From: an uncultured Rhodospirillaceae bacterium
GTDB lineage: Bacteria; Pseudomonadota; Alphaproteobacteria; UBA7887
DNA: 64,000 nucleotides
Reading direction: 5' to 3'
NCBI GenBank assembly: GCA_964408735.1
Contig: CAYPAX010000011.1
Location: 369-64,368, forward strand
The number at the start of each line of letters is the position of its first letter. Within the stretch, counting starts at the first letter, position 1. This document shows positions 17,517 to 27,272 of the stretch, piece after piece. The notes below the pieces were generated by a model. That model made no database searches, was not told the origin of the DNA, and saw only the letters and a program-made list of their open reading frames with translations. The translations under genes were made by a program, and so were the position numbers.

Positions 17517-18890
17517 ATGCCGCGCGCGCGTATACACGATCTCGATAGCATCATCGCCCGCCTCGACACGCTGGGCCGGCTGGCGCGGGTTCACAGCACC
17601 GTCGATCCCGTGCATGACTTGGCGGCCATCGCGGCGGCTTATGAAGGCGGGCCGCGGGCGGTGCTGTTCGAGTCGGTGGCGGGCAGCGATTATCCCGTCT
17701 TTACGGGGCTTTACTGGTCGCGCGACCTGCTCGGCGCGCTCATGGGCCAGGACGAAGGCGCGCTGCCGGGCTATGTCGGCGAGCGCATCGCGCGCTGGCA
17801 GAAGCGCCCGCGCCCGCCGGTCGTCCGCGACGACGGCCCGGTGCTCGCCAGGCGCCAGAAGCGGGTAAATTTGGCCAAGCTGCCCATCCCCACCCACGCG
17901 CTGGAGGACGGCGGGCCCTATCTCGATGCCGGCGTGGTCATCGCCCGCGACCCCGAAACCGGCGTGCGAAACGCCTCCATTCAGCGCTTCATGGTTGCAA
18001 ATCGCAATACCCTGGTGGTCAACATCGATGCCGGCCGCCACCTCGAGGCCTATCTGGCGAGCGCCGCGGCGCGGGGGGAAACCTTGCCCTTATCTATCAA
18101 TATCGGGGTCGGGCCCGGCCTGCATTTCGCGGCCGCCACACCGGCCGAGGCGGCCCCCATCGACAGCGACGAGCTCGGCATCGCCAGCGAGTTCCACGGC
18201 AAGCCGCTCGAGCTCGTGGCCGGCACTCGCCCGGGCGTCGAGCTGGTGGCGCACGCCATGTTCGCGCTCGAATGCGAGATGGTGCCCGGCGAGCTGGCCG
18301 ACGAAGGCCCCTTCGCCGAAGTCACCGGCTACTACGCCCTGCGCGAGCCGCGCCCGGTGGTGCATGTCAAAGCCGTGCACCATCGCGACACCCCGGTCTT
18401 CCAGACCATCATCTCGGGCGCCGAGGTGTTCAACTCCGTCGGCCTGCTCGGTGAGGCCAACGTGCTGGCGCTGGTGCAACGCCAGGTGCCGGGGGTGCGC
18501 GACGTCTATTTCAGCCATGGCGGCTGCGGCTTCTATCACGCCGTGGTGCAGATGACGCAAACCCGGGCCGGCTGGAGCAAACAGGCCATCCTCGCCACCT
18601 TCGCCGCCTTCCCGCCGCTGAAGATGGTCACCGTGGTCGACGACGACGTGGATATCCGCGATCCCGCAGATGTGGAGTGGGCCATGGCAACGCGCCTCGA
18701 CCCGGCGCACGGCATTCTCACCGTGGACAAGACTTTCGGCCACGGCCTCAACCCGAGCTTCCCCGACTATCTCGGCGCCAAGGTCGGCTTCGACGCCACC
18801 CGGCGCTTCCCCTTCGAGGCGGTGCACCACCGGGCCAAGCTCAAGTCCGTGTCGCTGGAGAGTGTCGAGATAACCGTGCCGGAGGTCTAG
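17517..18890 (+). CDS. UbiD-family prFMN-dependent (de)carboxylase
   Basis: DGGPYLDAG, IQR, EGPFAEVTGYY, VVDDDVDIRDPADVEWAMATR; AAGGAG RBS. Confidence 0.9.
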   Translation: MPRARIHDLDSIIARLDTLGRLARVHSTVDPVHDLAAIAAAYEGGPRAVLFESVAGSDYPVFTGLYWSRDLLGALMGQDEGALPGYVGERIARWQKRPRPPVVRDDGPVLARRQKRVNLAKLPIPTHALEDGGPYLDAGVVIARDPETGVRNASIQRFMVANRNTLVVNIDAGRHLEAYLASAAARGETLPLSINIGVGPGLHFAAATPAEAAPIDSDELGIASEFHGKPLELVAGTRPGVELVAHAMFALECEMVPGELADEGPFAEVTGYYALREPRPVVHVKAVHHRDTPVFQTIISGAEVFNSVGLLGEANVLALVQRQVPGVRDVYFSHGGCGFYHAVVQMTQTRAGWSKQAILATFAAFPPLKMVTVVDDDVDIRDPADVEWAMATRLDPAHGILTVDKTFGHGLNPSFPDYLGAKVGFDATRRFPFEAVHHRAKLKSVSLESVEITVPEV

Positions 18891-20566
18891 GACTCCGCCG
18901 GGGCGCGCCAGTTGTCTGCGAGGCGCCGCGCCGCATCGCGCTCGGCCTGGCTGGTCGTCGCCTCCAGCTTCGCCAAGGCGTCGTCCGCCGGGGCGTAGCC
19001 GCCGTCCGACGCCAGCATCAGCCACATCACCCCCCGCACCACGCTCGGCTCCTCGCCCCTACCCTCGGACAGCAGCAGGCCGAGATTGTACTGGCCTGCC
19101 GGCTCGCCAGCCGCCGCCGCCTGGCGGAACCAGGCCGCCGCCTGGCGGGGGTTGGCCTCGACGCCGCGGCCGCGCAGATAGAGCACGCCGAGATTGACCT
19201 GCGCCAGCGCATGCCCCGCCTCGCCGGCCGCGCGATACCAGTCGAGAGCGGTTTGCAGCTCGGCAGCACTGGCGCGCGCGCCGCTATGCAGGACGCCGAG
19301 ACGGAACTGGGCGCCGAGGTGCCCGCCCGTCGCCGCGGTCTGGTACCAGTCCTTCGCCTGGGCCGGGTCGATGCCCGTGCCATGGCCGCTCTCGTGCATG
19401 ACACCGAGATTGTACTGGGCGCGGATATCGCCGCCGGCGGCAGCCTTGAGGAACCAGGCCATGGCCTCCTGGTAACGCAGCTCGCCGCCCCTGCGATATG
19501 TCACATAGCCATAGCGGAATTGCCCTTCCGGATGATCGGCCATGGCGGCGCGCAGGTACCATTCCTCCGCCTTGCCGGGATTGCGTGCGACGCCGGCTCC
19601 GGATTCGTAGAGCCGTCCCAAGGCCACCTGAGCATCGGCATCGCCGGCCTCGGCCGCAAGGAGATACCATTCGGCGGCGATAGCGGCATTGGCCAGCACG
19701 CCCTCGCCGTATTCGTACATGCCGCCGACATTGAATTGCGCCGCGACATTGCCGGCCTGCGCCGAGAGCCGGAAATAGCGCAGAGCCGCGGCATGGTCCT
19801 GGTCGACTCCGCGCCCGAGGTAATAAAGCAAGCCAAGATCGGCGAGAGCGTTGCTGTCGCCCTGGTCGGCGGCAGCGAGGAAATAGACCCGTGCCGCCTC
19901 GGAGTCCTCAGCGCCGCCGAGCCCGTCGTCCAACAGCTCGCCAAGCCGGGTCTGGGCCGACGCGAAACCCGCCTCCGCCGCTTGCGCCAGCCACTGCCGG
20001 GCCTCGGCATAGCCTGTCGGATCGCTGCCGTCGGCCAGCATCAGGCCGAGCCTGGCCGCAGCCTCCGCATCGCCCGCCTCGCCAGCCCTGCGATACCACT
20101 GCTGCGCCGTCTCGCGGTCCGTGCCGACGCCAAGACCGCGCTCGTACAGCACTCCGAGATTGTATTGCGCCAGGGCATAGCCCTTGTCGGCCGCCATCAG
20201 GTACCAGGCGAGCGCCTGGCCGAAATCCTGCCCGACACCGCTGCCCGACTGATAGAGCACACCGAGATTGGTCTGCGCCCGCACATGGCCGTGGCCGGCC
20301 GCCATGCGGTACCAGCGCGCCGCCTCGGAATCGTCCTCATCGGTGCCAAGGCCGTTATCGTAGATCAGACCGAGGTTGAATTGCGCCTGGGGATCGCCGT
20401 TTTCGCCCAAGGGGGTGAACTCGCGCAACGCCGTGACGTAGTCACCACGGTCATAGGCCGCCAGGGCGTGTTCGAAATCCGCCTGGGCAGGCACCGCGGC
20501 AAGCATTGCGCCTACGACCGCCCATGCCGGAAGCCGTGTCGCTTTGAGCCACGCGATGCGGTGCAT
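18887..20566 (-). CDS. Exported Sel1-repeat protein
   Basis: Signal peptide, then about 14 repeats of AQxNLGxxYxxGxGvxxD...AxxWYxxAA. Confidence 0.92.
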   Translation of the reverse strand: MHRIAWLKATRLPAWAVVGAMLAAVPAQADFEHALAAYDRGDYVTALREFTPLGENGDPQAQFNLGLIYDNGLGTDEDDSEAARWYRMAAGHGHVRAQTNLGVLYQSGSGVGQDFGQALAWYLMAADKGYALAQYNLGVLYERGLGVGTDRETAQQWYRRAGEAGDAEAAARLGLMLADGSDPTGYAEARQWLAQAAEAGFASAQTRLGELLDDGLGGAEDSEAARVYFLAAADQGDSNALADLGLLYYLGRGVDQDHAAALRYFRLSAQAGNVAAQFNVGGMYEYGEGVLANAAIAAEWYLLAAEAGDADAQVALGRLYESGAGVARNPGKAEEWYLRAAMADHPEGQFRYGYVTYRRGGELRYQEAMAWFLKAAAGGDIRAQYNLGVMHESGHGTGIDPAQAKDWYQTAATGGHLGAQFRLGVLHSGARASAAELQTALDWYRAAGEAGHALAQVNLGVLYLRGRGVEANPRQAAAWFRQAAAAGEPAGQYNLGLLLSEGRGEEPSVVRGVMWLMLASDGGYAPADDALAKLEATTSQAERDAARRLADNWRAPAES

Positions 20567-20580
20567 GTCAGGCCTGCTGG

Positions 20581-20877
20581 CTAACCGCCCGACGCCCTAT
20601 GACCAACGGCGCCGGGGTCCAATGGTGCGGGCTTGTATGTCGCGCCCATCCAATTCTCGTCCTGGGGCCAGACGAAAGCGATAACCTGTTTGTTGATCAT
20701 CACGTAGCGGCCATCCGAGTGCTCGAAGGGCAAGAACGGCTCCTTGCCGTTCAACAGATCGAGCACGCGTTCGTGCCCCGCCACGAAGACATAGCCGTCA
20801 AGGGCCGTGCCGTCGCCTTGTTGCAGCTCGACGCGTATCTTGGTCTTGGGCCTGATTATGTCGCTTGAGCGATACAT
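20581..20877 (-). CDS. Small hypothetical protein (DUF6812-like)
   Basis: G.VF....R.LDLLN...FLP....G....INK..I pattern recalled from small conserved proteobacterial proteins. Confidence 0.6.
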   Translation of the reverse strand: MYRSSDIIRPKTKIRVELQQGDGTALDGYVFVAGHERVLDLLNGKEPFLPFEHSDGRYVMINKQVIAFVWPQDENWMGATYKPAPLDPGAVGHRASGG

Positions 20878-21104
20878 GCGCGCCTGCTCTCGACCGTCAA
20901 CTTCAATCTTTCCCCATCCAGGCAACTACCACAAAGACGGCTGAGCCCGAATACTAAAATTGTAGGGCGTGGAATGCATTTGTCGAGAGGCTTGCGCAAA
21001 TAGCTCGAATTGGCTAGCGCATGGGGAGGCCTTATGTTGACCGCCAGGACCATGCTGCAAGAATGCAAACAATCGTGGGAAACCTATCCGAACCAGGGGA
21101 ATCA

Positions 21105-21926
21105 TTGACTGACAGCGCAGCAACTTTGCGGGTCGGCGTGGCAGGCCTTGGTGCCATAGGCATGGCCGTGGCACGAGGTCTCGATCGGGGCATCCCAGGC
21201 CTCACGCTCTCGGCCGTCGCCGCTCGGGATCTCGAACGGGCCGGCAAGCGAATGAGGGGATTCGCTGGTCCTCTGCAAGTGGTGGAGTCGGCGCGCCTCG
21301 CCGCGCTCGCCGATATTGTCGTCGAATGTGCGCCGGCCAGCGCTTTTCGCGATATCGCCGAGCCCGCCCTCTCAGGCGGGCGTACGCTGATTCCCGCCAG
21401 CATCGGCGCCTTGCTTGCCCATGAAGACCTGATCGGGCTGGCAGAGCGTAACGGCGGGCGAATCATCGCGCCGACAGGCGCCTTGATCGGTCTTGACGCG
21501 GTTCGTGCCGCGGCCGAGGGCGAAATCGCCTCCGTGCGCATGACCACACGCAAGCCACCGGCCTCCTTGGCGGGCGCACCGTATCTGACCGAGCACGATA
21601 TTCGTCTCGATGGCCTGACGGCGCCGACAAAGATATTCGACGGCAATGCCCGCGATGGCGCGCGGGGTTTCCCTGCCAACGTCAATGTCGCGGCAGCGCT
21701 GAGCCTGGCCGGAATCGGGCCCGAGCGCACGCACTTGGAAATCTGGGCCGACCCCGCCCTCAGCCGCAATACGCACCACATCGAGGTCGAAGCCGATAGT
21801 GCGCGCTTCTCCATGACCATCGAGAATATTCCAAGCGAAGAGAACCCGCGCACGGGCCGCATCACCGCGCTGAGCCTGCTGGCCACGCTGCGCCGGCTGA
21901 CCGGCACGCTCACCGTTGGAACCTAG
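21105..21926 (+). CDS. nadX: L-aspartate dehydrogenase
   Basis: GLGAIG Rossmann motif, VVECA, FPANVNVAAAL, NPRTG; probable TTG start. Confidence 0.85.
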   Translation: MTDSAATLRVGVAGLGAIGMAVARGLDRGIPGLTLSAVAARDLERAGKRMRGFAGPLQVVESARLAALADIVVECAPASAFRDIAEPALSGGRTLIPASIGALLAHEDLIGLAERNGGRIIAPTGALIGLDAVRAAAEGEIASVRMTTRKPPASLAGAPYLTEHDIRLDGLTAPTKIFDGNARDGARGFPANVNVAAALSLAGIGPERTHLEIWADPALSRNTHHIEVEADSARFSMTIENIPSEENPRTGRITALSLLATLRRLTGTLTVGT

Positions 21927-22014
21927 TGTCTGTCTCGGGATCGCCTTGAGCGGGACATAGTGTCGCCGAATAGCGCTGGCGTAATGCCCATCCCTTCCCC
22001 GACAGAGGCAGGTC

Positions 22015-23352
22015 ATGGACACGCGCACCCTATTCAGCGATCCCCGCTCATATGCCTATATCAAGCTTGCGGTCATCGCCGCCTTGTGCCTGGCGAGCCT
22101 GGTGCCGTTGCAAAGCATTCGGGCATTGATCGCCGAGCGCCAGCAGAACGGTGCCGCCGCAGCCGAAGAAATCGCCCAGGCCTGGGGTGGCGAGCAACGG
22201 GTGATCGGCCCGGTTCTGGTCGTCCCCTACACCGTCAGTGCCTGGCATGTGGAGCAAGGATGGGTGCCGACAGATGCGCAGAAATATCTGCTCGTGCTGC
22301 CGGAGACGTTGCGCGTGGAAGCCGTCTCGCAAACCCAAACCCGCCATCGTTCGATTTACGAGACCGTGGTCTACGGTGCCGACGCGACTCTGAGCGGCCA
22401 ATTGGCGTTCCCCAACCTGGCGGAACTGGGCATCGCCGAGGACACGTTGAGGTGGGACGAGGCGCGCCTGGATATCCTGGTCAGCGACCTCGCCAATATC
22501 GTGGACGTGCGCGAGGCCCGATGGAGCGACAGCGCACTCACCTTCCACGTTCCCCACGCGGCTCGCGATACGATATCGGCAACCCTGCCGGCTTTGCCCG
22601 GCGACGAGAGCGCCTGGCCGCTCGATTTCTCTCTGACGCTCGACATTCGCGGCAGCGGCTCGATCGGCTTTCTGCCCATCGGCGCGCGCACGGATGTGAC
22701 ACTTGCGGCCGACTGGCCCCATCCGAGCTTCGCCGCGCCCCATCTGCCGGACAGCATGACCATTACCGATGACGGGTTCAGCGCCACCTGGCAGATATCG
22801 CGCTTCGCCCGAGCTTTGCCGCAAGCCTGGACCAGCGACGTCGCCGCCGCCGAAACCTTGCGCCGCGAGCTTGCCGGCAGCGCCGTGGTCACGCGCCTGG
22901 TCGACCCCGTGGATCATTACCTGAAGGGCGAGCGCTCGGTAAAATACGGCGTGCTGTTCGTCATTCTCATCGCCTGCTCATTGTTCGTTTTCGAAACCGT
23001 ATCGGGTCTGCGCTTCCACCCGGTGCAATACGCGATGGTGGTGGCGGCACTCTGCCTGTTTTTCCTACTCTTGATATCGCTGTCGGAGGTGGTTGGCTTC
23101 GCCGCCGGATATGGGCTCGCCGCGACTGCGACCGTTATCCTGCTCGGGCACTACGTCTCCGCCATCGCCCGCAGCCGTGCCCGAGGCGCTGTCCTTGCCG
23201 GACTGCTCGGCACGGTCTATGGCGCCCTCTTCGTGGTCTTGCAATCCGAAGCACACGCGCTTCTGCTGGGCTCGGGACTGCTCTTCGCCAGCCTCGCCCT
23301 GACCATGCTGTTGACCCGGAATCTAGATTGGTACGCCCTTGGCGCCGAGTAG
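22015..23352 (+). CDS. creD: Inner membrane protein CreD
   Basis: IAQAWGGEQ..GP.LVVPY, ERSVKYG.LF, HPVQY, LLLISLSE, TRNLDWY. Confidence 0.9.
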   Translation: MDTRTLFSDPRSYAYIKLAVIAALCLASLVPLQSIRALIAERQQNGAAAAEEIAQAWGGEQRVIGPVLVVPYTVSAWHVEQGWVPTDAQKYLLVLPETLRVEAVSQTQTRHRSIYETVVYGADATLSGQLAFPNLAELGIAEDTLRWDEARLDILVSDLANIVDVREARWSDSALTFHVPHAARDTISATLPALPGDESAWPLDFSLTLDIRGSGSIGFLPIGARTDVTLAADWPHPSFAAPHLPDSMTITDDGFSATWQISRFARALPQAWTSDVAAAETLRRELAGSAVVTRLVDPVDHYLKGERSVKYGVLFVILIACSLFVFETVSGLRFHPVQYAMVVAALCLFFLLLISLSEVVGFAAGYGLAATATVILLGHYVSAIARSRARGAVLAGLLGTVYGALFVVLQSEAHALLLGSGLLFASLALTMLLTRNLDWYALGAE

Positions 23353-24492
23353 GTCGGGCAATCGGGCGAAAAGATCTTCGCTGCCGAATCCGCCAGCCTT
23401 GGTAACAAGCCATAACGTGCAGCCCCGGTAACAGAGGCGGGACAAGGGCACGCCAGGCGCCACCTCGCCAATGAGAGTGACAAGCGGCGTGCCCAGCGCA
23501 GCCAGTACCGCAGCCGCCGTGTCGCCACCGGTCAGCAGAAGCGTGCCGAACCGGCGCCGCTCCATTACGGCGGCAACGCTGGCACCAAGGGCGGCGGCAA
23601 CGTCTTCCGCCGGCGGGTCGTTTTCGCCACTGGGGACATGGAGCAAAGCGTCGCCGGTTCCCGCCCCTAGAGACTCCGGATCAAACCGGCCAGCGGGCGC
23701 CAACCAATCTTCGCAATCGCCACGCGCCAGCAGAAACTTGGCCTGACGCCGGCCGACAGCGGCACGCGAGCCCAGTACGGTCAGAATCGGCCCCGCCACA
23801 GGGCCCGGCAGGGGCATCGAGACGGCGGCCGGCGCCAACGCACCGGCTATGGCATTACCGAGCCCGGCCGCACCCGCCAGCAGAGCGGTGTCCGCCCGCC
23901 GCATGGCCCATTCGGCGATGTCCGCAAGATCGGCATCGTCAGCGGCATCGGCAATCCAGGCGCCACGGCCGCCCGCGGGCGGCTCGCTATTGACCACCTG
24001 ACAGACAAGGGACGGATCCGCTGCAGCGAGCTGGGCCGCCAGCGGCTGGCTCGATGCCGCCGATACCGCGTCATGAACGAACTCGGTCTGCTCCAACGGC
24101 ACACCGTTGACGTGGACCTTGCCACCGACCACGGTACGACCTTGCGCCGGAATCGCGGACGCGACGACCAGCTCTTGCCGCCCACTGGCGGCGAGCTCGG
24201 CCACGAGTTCGGCAGCGACATTGCCGCGCAAAGTCGAATCTATCTTCTTGAACCAGAGTCTTGGCGACAGCTTGGCCACGGCAGTGCTCGCTACCCTCAC
24301 CGCCGCAGTCGCCTCAGCCGCGCCAAGATGCCGCGAGGCCGTGCTGAGCGAAACGACCTCGATGTCGGTGCCTACCAGATCGAGCGCCGCCGGCGTGGTC
24401 GCGACCGCGGTCGCCATGCCGTGCGCGGCAAACGGTGCCGCGGCGTCGAAGGCGCCGGTCAGGTCGTCGGCGACGATAGCGACTTGCGTCAA
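23323..24492 (-). CDS. Four-carbon acid sugar kinase (DUF1537, DtnK/YgbK family)
   Basis: IVADDLTGAFD, FKKIDSTLRGN, LTGGDTA, VTKAGGFG; TTG start overlaps the pdxA stop. Confidence 0.88.
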   Translation of the reverse strand: MTQVAIVADDLTGAFDAAAPFAAHGMATAVATTPAALDLVGTDIEVVSLSTASRHLGAAEATAAVRVASTAVAKLSPRLWFKKIDSTLRGNVAAELVAELAASGRQELVVASAIPAQGRTVVGGKVHVNGVPLEQTEFVHDAVSAASSQPLAAQLAAADPSLVCQVVNSEPPAGGRGAWIADAADDADLADIAEWAMRRADTALLAGAAGLGNAIAGALAPAAVSMPLPGPVAGPILTVLGSRAAVGRRQAKFLLARGDCEDWLAPAGRFDPESLGAGTGDALLHVPSGENDPPAEDVAAALGASVAAVMERRRFGTLLLTGGDTAAAVLAALGTPLVTLIGEVAPGVPLSRLCYRGCTLWLVTKAGGFGSEDLFARLPDLLGAKGVPI

Positions 24493-25460
24493 ACGGTCTC
24501 CAGCGGCGGCGCCACGGCAATCCGCCGGCCATAGGCGAGCGCGGCCAGCATATTGGTGTGATCCGCCTTGCCGGTCCAAGCGATATCGAAGGCCGTGCCG
24601 TGGTCGACCGAGGCACGCTGGATGGGCAGGCCCAGGGAAACGTTCACCGTCGTCTCGAAAGCGATGAGCTTGGTCGGGATATGGCCCTGGTCGTGATAGT
24701 TCGCCACCACCAGATCGAACTCGCCGCGATGAGCACGGGAAAACACCGTATCGGGCGGATAGGGTCCGCTCGCCTCGATGCCCTCGGCCCGGGCCGCCTC
24801 GATCGCCGGGACGATCTCGCGCGTGTCCTCGTCGCCGAACAGGCCGCCCTCGCCGCAATGGGGATTGAGCCCGGCACAGGCAATGCGCGGCTTGGCGATT
24901 CCAAGCCTCTGGAAATGGGCATTGCCCGCCCGGATGGTCTCCAGCACGCGCTCCTTGCGTGTGCGCCTGATGGCCTCGGCGAGGGAGACATGGGTCGAGA
25001 CATGAATGCAGGACAAGGTCTCGGAATAGAGCAGCATGAAAGACGACGGCGCGCCGCAGAGATGCTGGATCAATCCGGTGTGGCCGTCATATTCGTGCCC
25101 GGCCCGGTGCAGCGCCGCCTTGTTGAGAGGCGCCGTGACGATCACCGATATCTCGTCCGCCTTCGCCATCTCCACCGCCTTGACCACATAGCCATAGGCC
25201 GCATGGCCGCCACCGGGAGAAATCTCGCCGTCGCGGATGCTATCTTGCTCCGGCGTATCGACGGCAATGACACGCACGCCGTCGCCATCGTCGAAGCGCA
25301 CCCCGGCGCCCGTCACTTCGTTGGCGCGGGCGAGTATCCGGGGATTGCCGATGACGACGATGCCGGCGCGCGTCTCCGCCGGCAATGCCGCCAGGGCCTT
25401 GCAAATGATCTCAGGGCCGACCCCGCTGGGGTCTCCCATGGTGATTCCAAGAGGTTTCAT
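24489..25460 (-). CDS. pdxA: PdxA/PdxA2 4-phosphothreonate/4-hydroxythreonine-phosphate dehydrogenase
   Basis: ITMGDPSGVGPEI, TAPLNK, GLNPHCGE, YHDQGHIP, SVDHGTAFDIA; the adjacent DUF1537 kinase favours PdxA2. Confidence 0.88.
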   Translation of the reverse strand: MKPLGITMGDPSGVGPEIICKALAALPAETRAGIVVIGNPRILARANEVTGAGVRFDDGDGVRVIAVDTPEQDSIRDGEISPGGGHAAYGYVVKAVEMAKADEISVIVTAPLNKAALHRAGHEYDGHTGLIQHLCGAPSSFMLLYSETLSCIHVSTHVSLAEAIRRTRKERVLETIRAGNAHFQRLGIAKPRIACAGLNPHCGEGGLFGDEDTREIVPAIEAARAEGIEASGPYPPDTVFSRAHRGEFDLVVANYHDQGHIPTKLIAFETTVNVSLGLPIQRASVDHGTAFDIAWTGKADHTNMLAALAYGRRIAVAPPLETV

Positions 25461-25516
25461 GGGGCGCGAACCTAGAGGCTTTTTTGACCTATGGGAACCG
25501 TCAGAAACGCCTCGTA

Positions 25517-26038
25517 TTACCTGCCGCAAAGATACTCGAATTGCTCGAAGCGTTTGTCGAAGCGCGCCGATCCCTCGACATAGGCAAAGCCCTCGGCACA
25601 GGCAAGCGGCGCACTGACGCAGTCGTAGGCGATTCCCTCGGCAATAAGATGGCCAGGGATCTGCCGGTACGCAAACGGCAACCGGCAGACACCTGTCCGC
25701 GGTACCCTCACCTCGCGGCGCGACTCGCAAACATAGATCGCCTGATCCTGCTCTATCCGATGCGAGCCCTCCCTGGCGCGAAGGGGCACGTTGCAGCCGT
25801 CGGCACCACTGGCCCCCCAGCTGCGGCAGAAATAGCGCTTGCGCGAGGTCGGATGGACAGCGATATCGAAACCTTCCAGGCAATCGCCGTGGATCACGCC
25901 GAGCCGGCTGGCCAAGCCCGGGGGGGCAGGCGCGGTTAGGTCCGACTCGCCGGGTTGCAGCAGCTGCGGCGCGTCCTCCTCCTGCGCCAGGACAGGATAT
26001 GCGGCGATCAAAACGGCAATGGCGGTCAGGAATCGCAT
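25517..26038 (-). CDS. Exported 173-aa protein with 8 Cys in four C...YxC repeats
   Basis: C-terminal third of track ORF 25517..27196. Own ATG at 26038 followed by signal peptide MRFLTAIAVLIAAYPVLA; fills the gap between pdxA and the tartrate dehydrogenase gene. Confidence 0.7.
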   Translation of the reverse strand: MRFLTAIAVLIAAYPVLAQEEDAPQLLQPGESDLTAPAPPGLASRLGVIHGDCLEGFDIAVHPTSRKRYFCRSWGASGADGCNVPLRAREGSHRIEQDQAIYVCESRREVRVPRTGVCRLPFAYRQIPGHLIAEGIAYDCVSAPLACAEGFAYVEGSARFDKRFEQFEYLCGR

Positions 26039-26134
26039 ACGCCGAGAGACTATCACGAGAAGCGCTTGCGCAGCGTGCGGCTTTATGCTGTCTGCCAGCC
26101 TCCGGGGGCCTAAAGCAGACATAAGGAGGCGCGA

Positions 26135-27208
26135 GTGACGCGCACGCACAAGATCGCCGTTATCGGCGGTGATGGAATCGGACCTGAAGTGGCAAGCGCG
26201 GGCATGCGCGTCTTGCAAGCGGTGGCGGGCCTCGACGGCTTTGCCCTGGAGACCGAGGACTTCCCCTGGGGCTCGGACTACTGGCACAAGAACGGCGTGA
26301 TGATGCCGGCCGACGGCGTCGATGCCCTGCGCGCCTTCGATGCCATCTATTTCGGCGCCGTGGGCGATCGTAGCATCCCCGACGACGTGACCCTTTGGGG
26401 CCTGCGCCTGGCCATCTGCCAGGGCCTGGACCAATACGCCAATCTGCGCCCGGCACGGCTGCTGCCCGGCCTCGACGGGCCTTTGCGCCCGGAGCTCGGC
26501 CAGCATGTGGACTGGCTCATCGTGCGCGAAAACAGCGAAGGCGAATATGCCGGCATCGGCGGGCGCAGCCACCGCGGCACGCCCATCGAGACCGCCATGG
26601 AGAGCACGGTCTTCACCCGTACGGGCGTCGAGCGTATCTTCCGCTTTGCATTCGATACTGCTCGAAAGAGGCCGCGCAAGCATTTGACCTGCGTGACAAA
26701 ATCCAATGCCCAAAAGCACGGTATGGTGATGTGGGACGAGATCTTCCGCGAAGTTTCGGCTGATTATCCCGACATCGAGACCGGAAGCGTGCTGGTCGAC
26801 GCCTGCGCCGCGCTGATGGTGCTCAATCCAGCTGCCTTCGACGTGGTGGTCGCCACCAACCTGCATGCGGACATTCTCTCGGACCTCGCCGGGGCCCTGA
26901 GCGGCAGCCTGGGCATGGCGGCGAGCGCAAATCTGGATCCCGAACGCCGCGGCCCGTCGATGTTCGAGCCCGTGCACGGCTCGGCGCCGGATATCGTCGG
27001 CAAGGGCATCGCCAATCCGCTCGCAGCGGTTGCCAGCGGCGCCATGATGCTCGACCATCTCGGTGAAGCCGAGTCGGCAACGCGTTTGCATGGTGCCATC
27101 GAGCGTGTGGCCCGCGAAGGCAGCGTGCTGCCCCCTGACCTCGGCGGCGAGGCGACGACCGATCAGGTCGCCGATGCGGTGATCGCGGCTCTCCAAACGG
27201 GGAATTAG
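26135..27208 (+). CDS. ttuC: Tartrate/D-malate dehydrogenase (decarboxylating)
   Basis: GDGIGPEV, LRLAICQGLDQYANLRP, RENSEGEY, TKSNAQ, MFEPVHGSAPDI; AAGGAGG RBS. Confidence 0.85.
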   Translation: MTRTHKIAVIGGDGIGPEVASAGMRVLQAVAGLDGFALETEDFPWGSDYWHKNGVMMPADGVDALRAFDAIYFGAVGDRSIPDDVTLWGLRLAICQGLDQYANLRPARLLPGLDGPLRPELGQHVDWLIVRENSEGEYAGIGGRSHRGTPIETAMESTVFTRTGVERIFRFAFDTARKRPRKHLTCVTKSNAQKHGMVMWDEIFREVSADYPDIETGSVLVDACAALMVLNPAAFDVVVATNLHADILSDLAGALSGSLGMAASANLDPERRGPSMFEPVHGSAPDIVGKGIANPLAAVASGAMMLDHLGEAESATRLHGAIERVAREGSVLPPDLGGEATTDQVADAVIAALQTGN

Positions 27209-27272
27209 CGGCCAACTTGATCGCCTGCCGGCGCGCTCCTATCATCGCCCCGGGGATTGAGGGAGCTGTGCC

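Noticed and set aside
26039-27196. N-terminal two-thirds of track ORF 25517..27196
   Set aside because: Antisense to the tartrate dehydrogenase gene; only the signal-peptide-bearing part from 26038 is credible.
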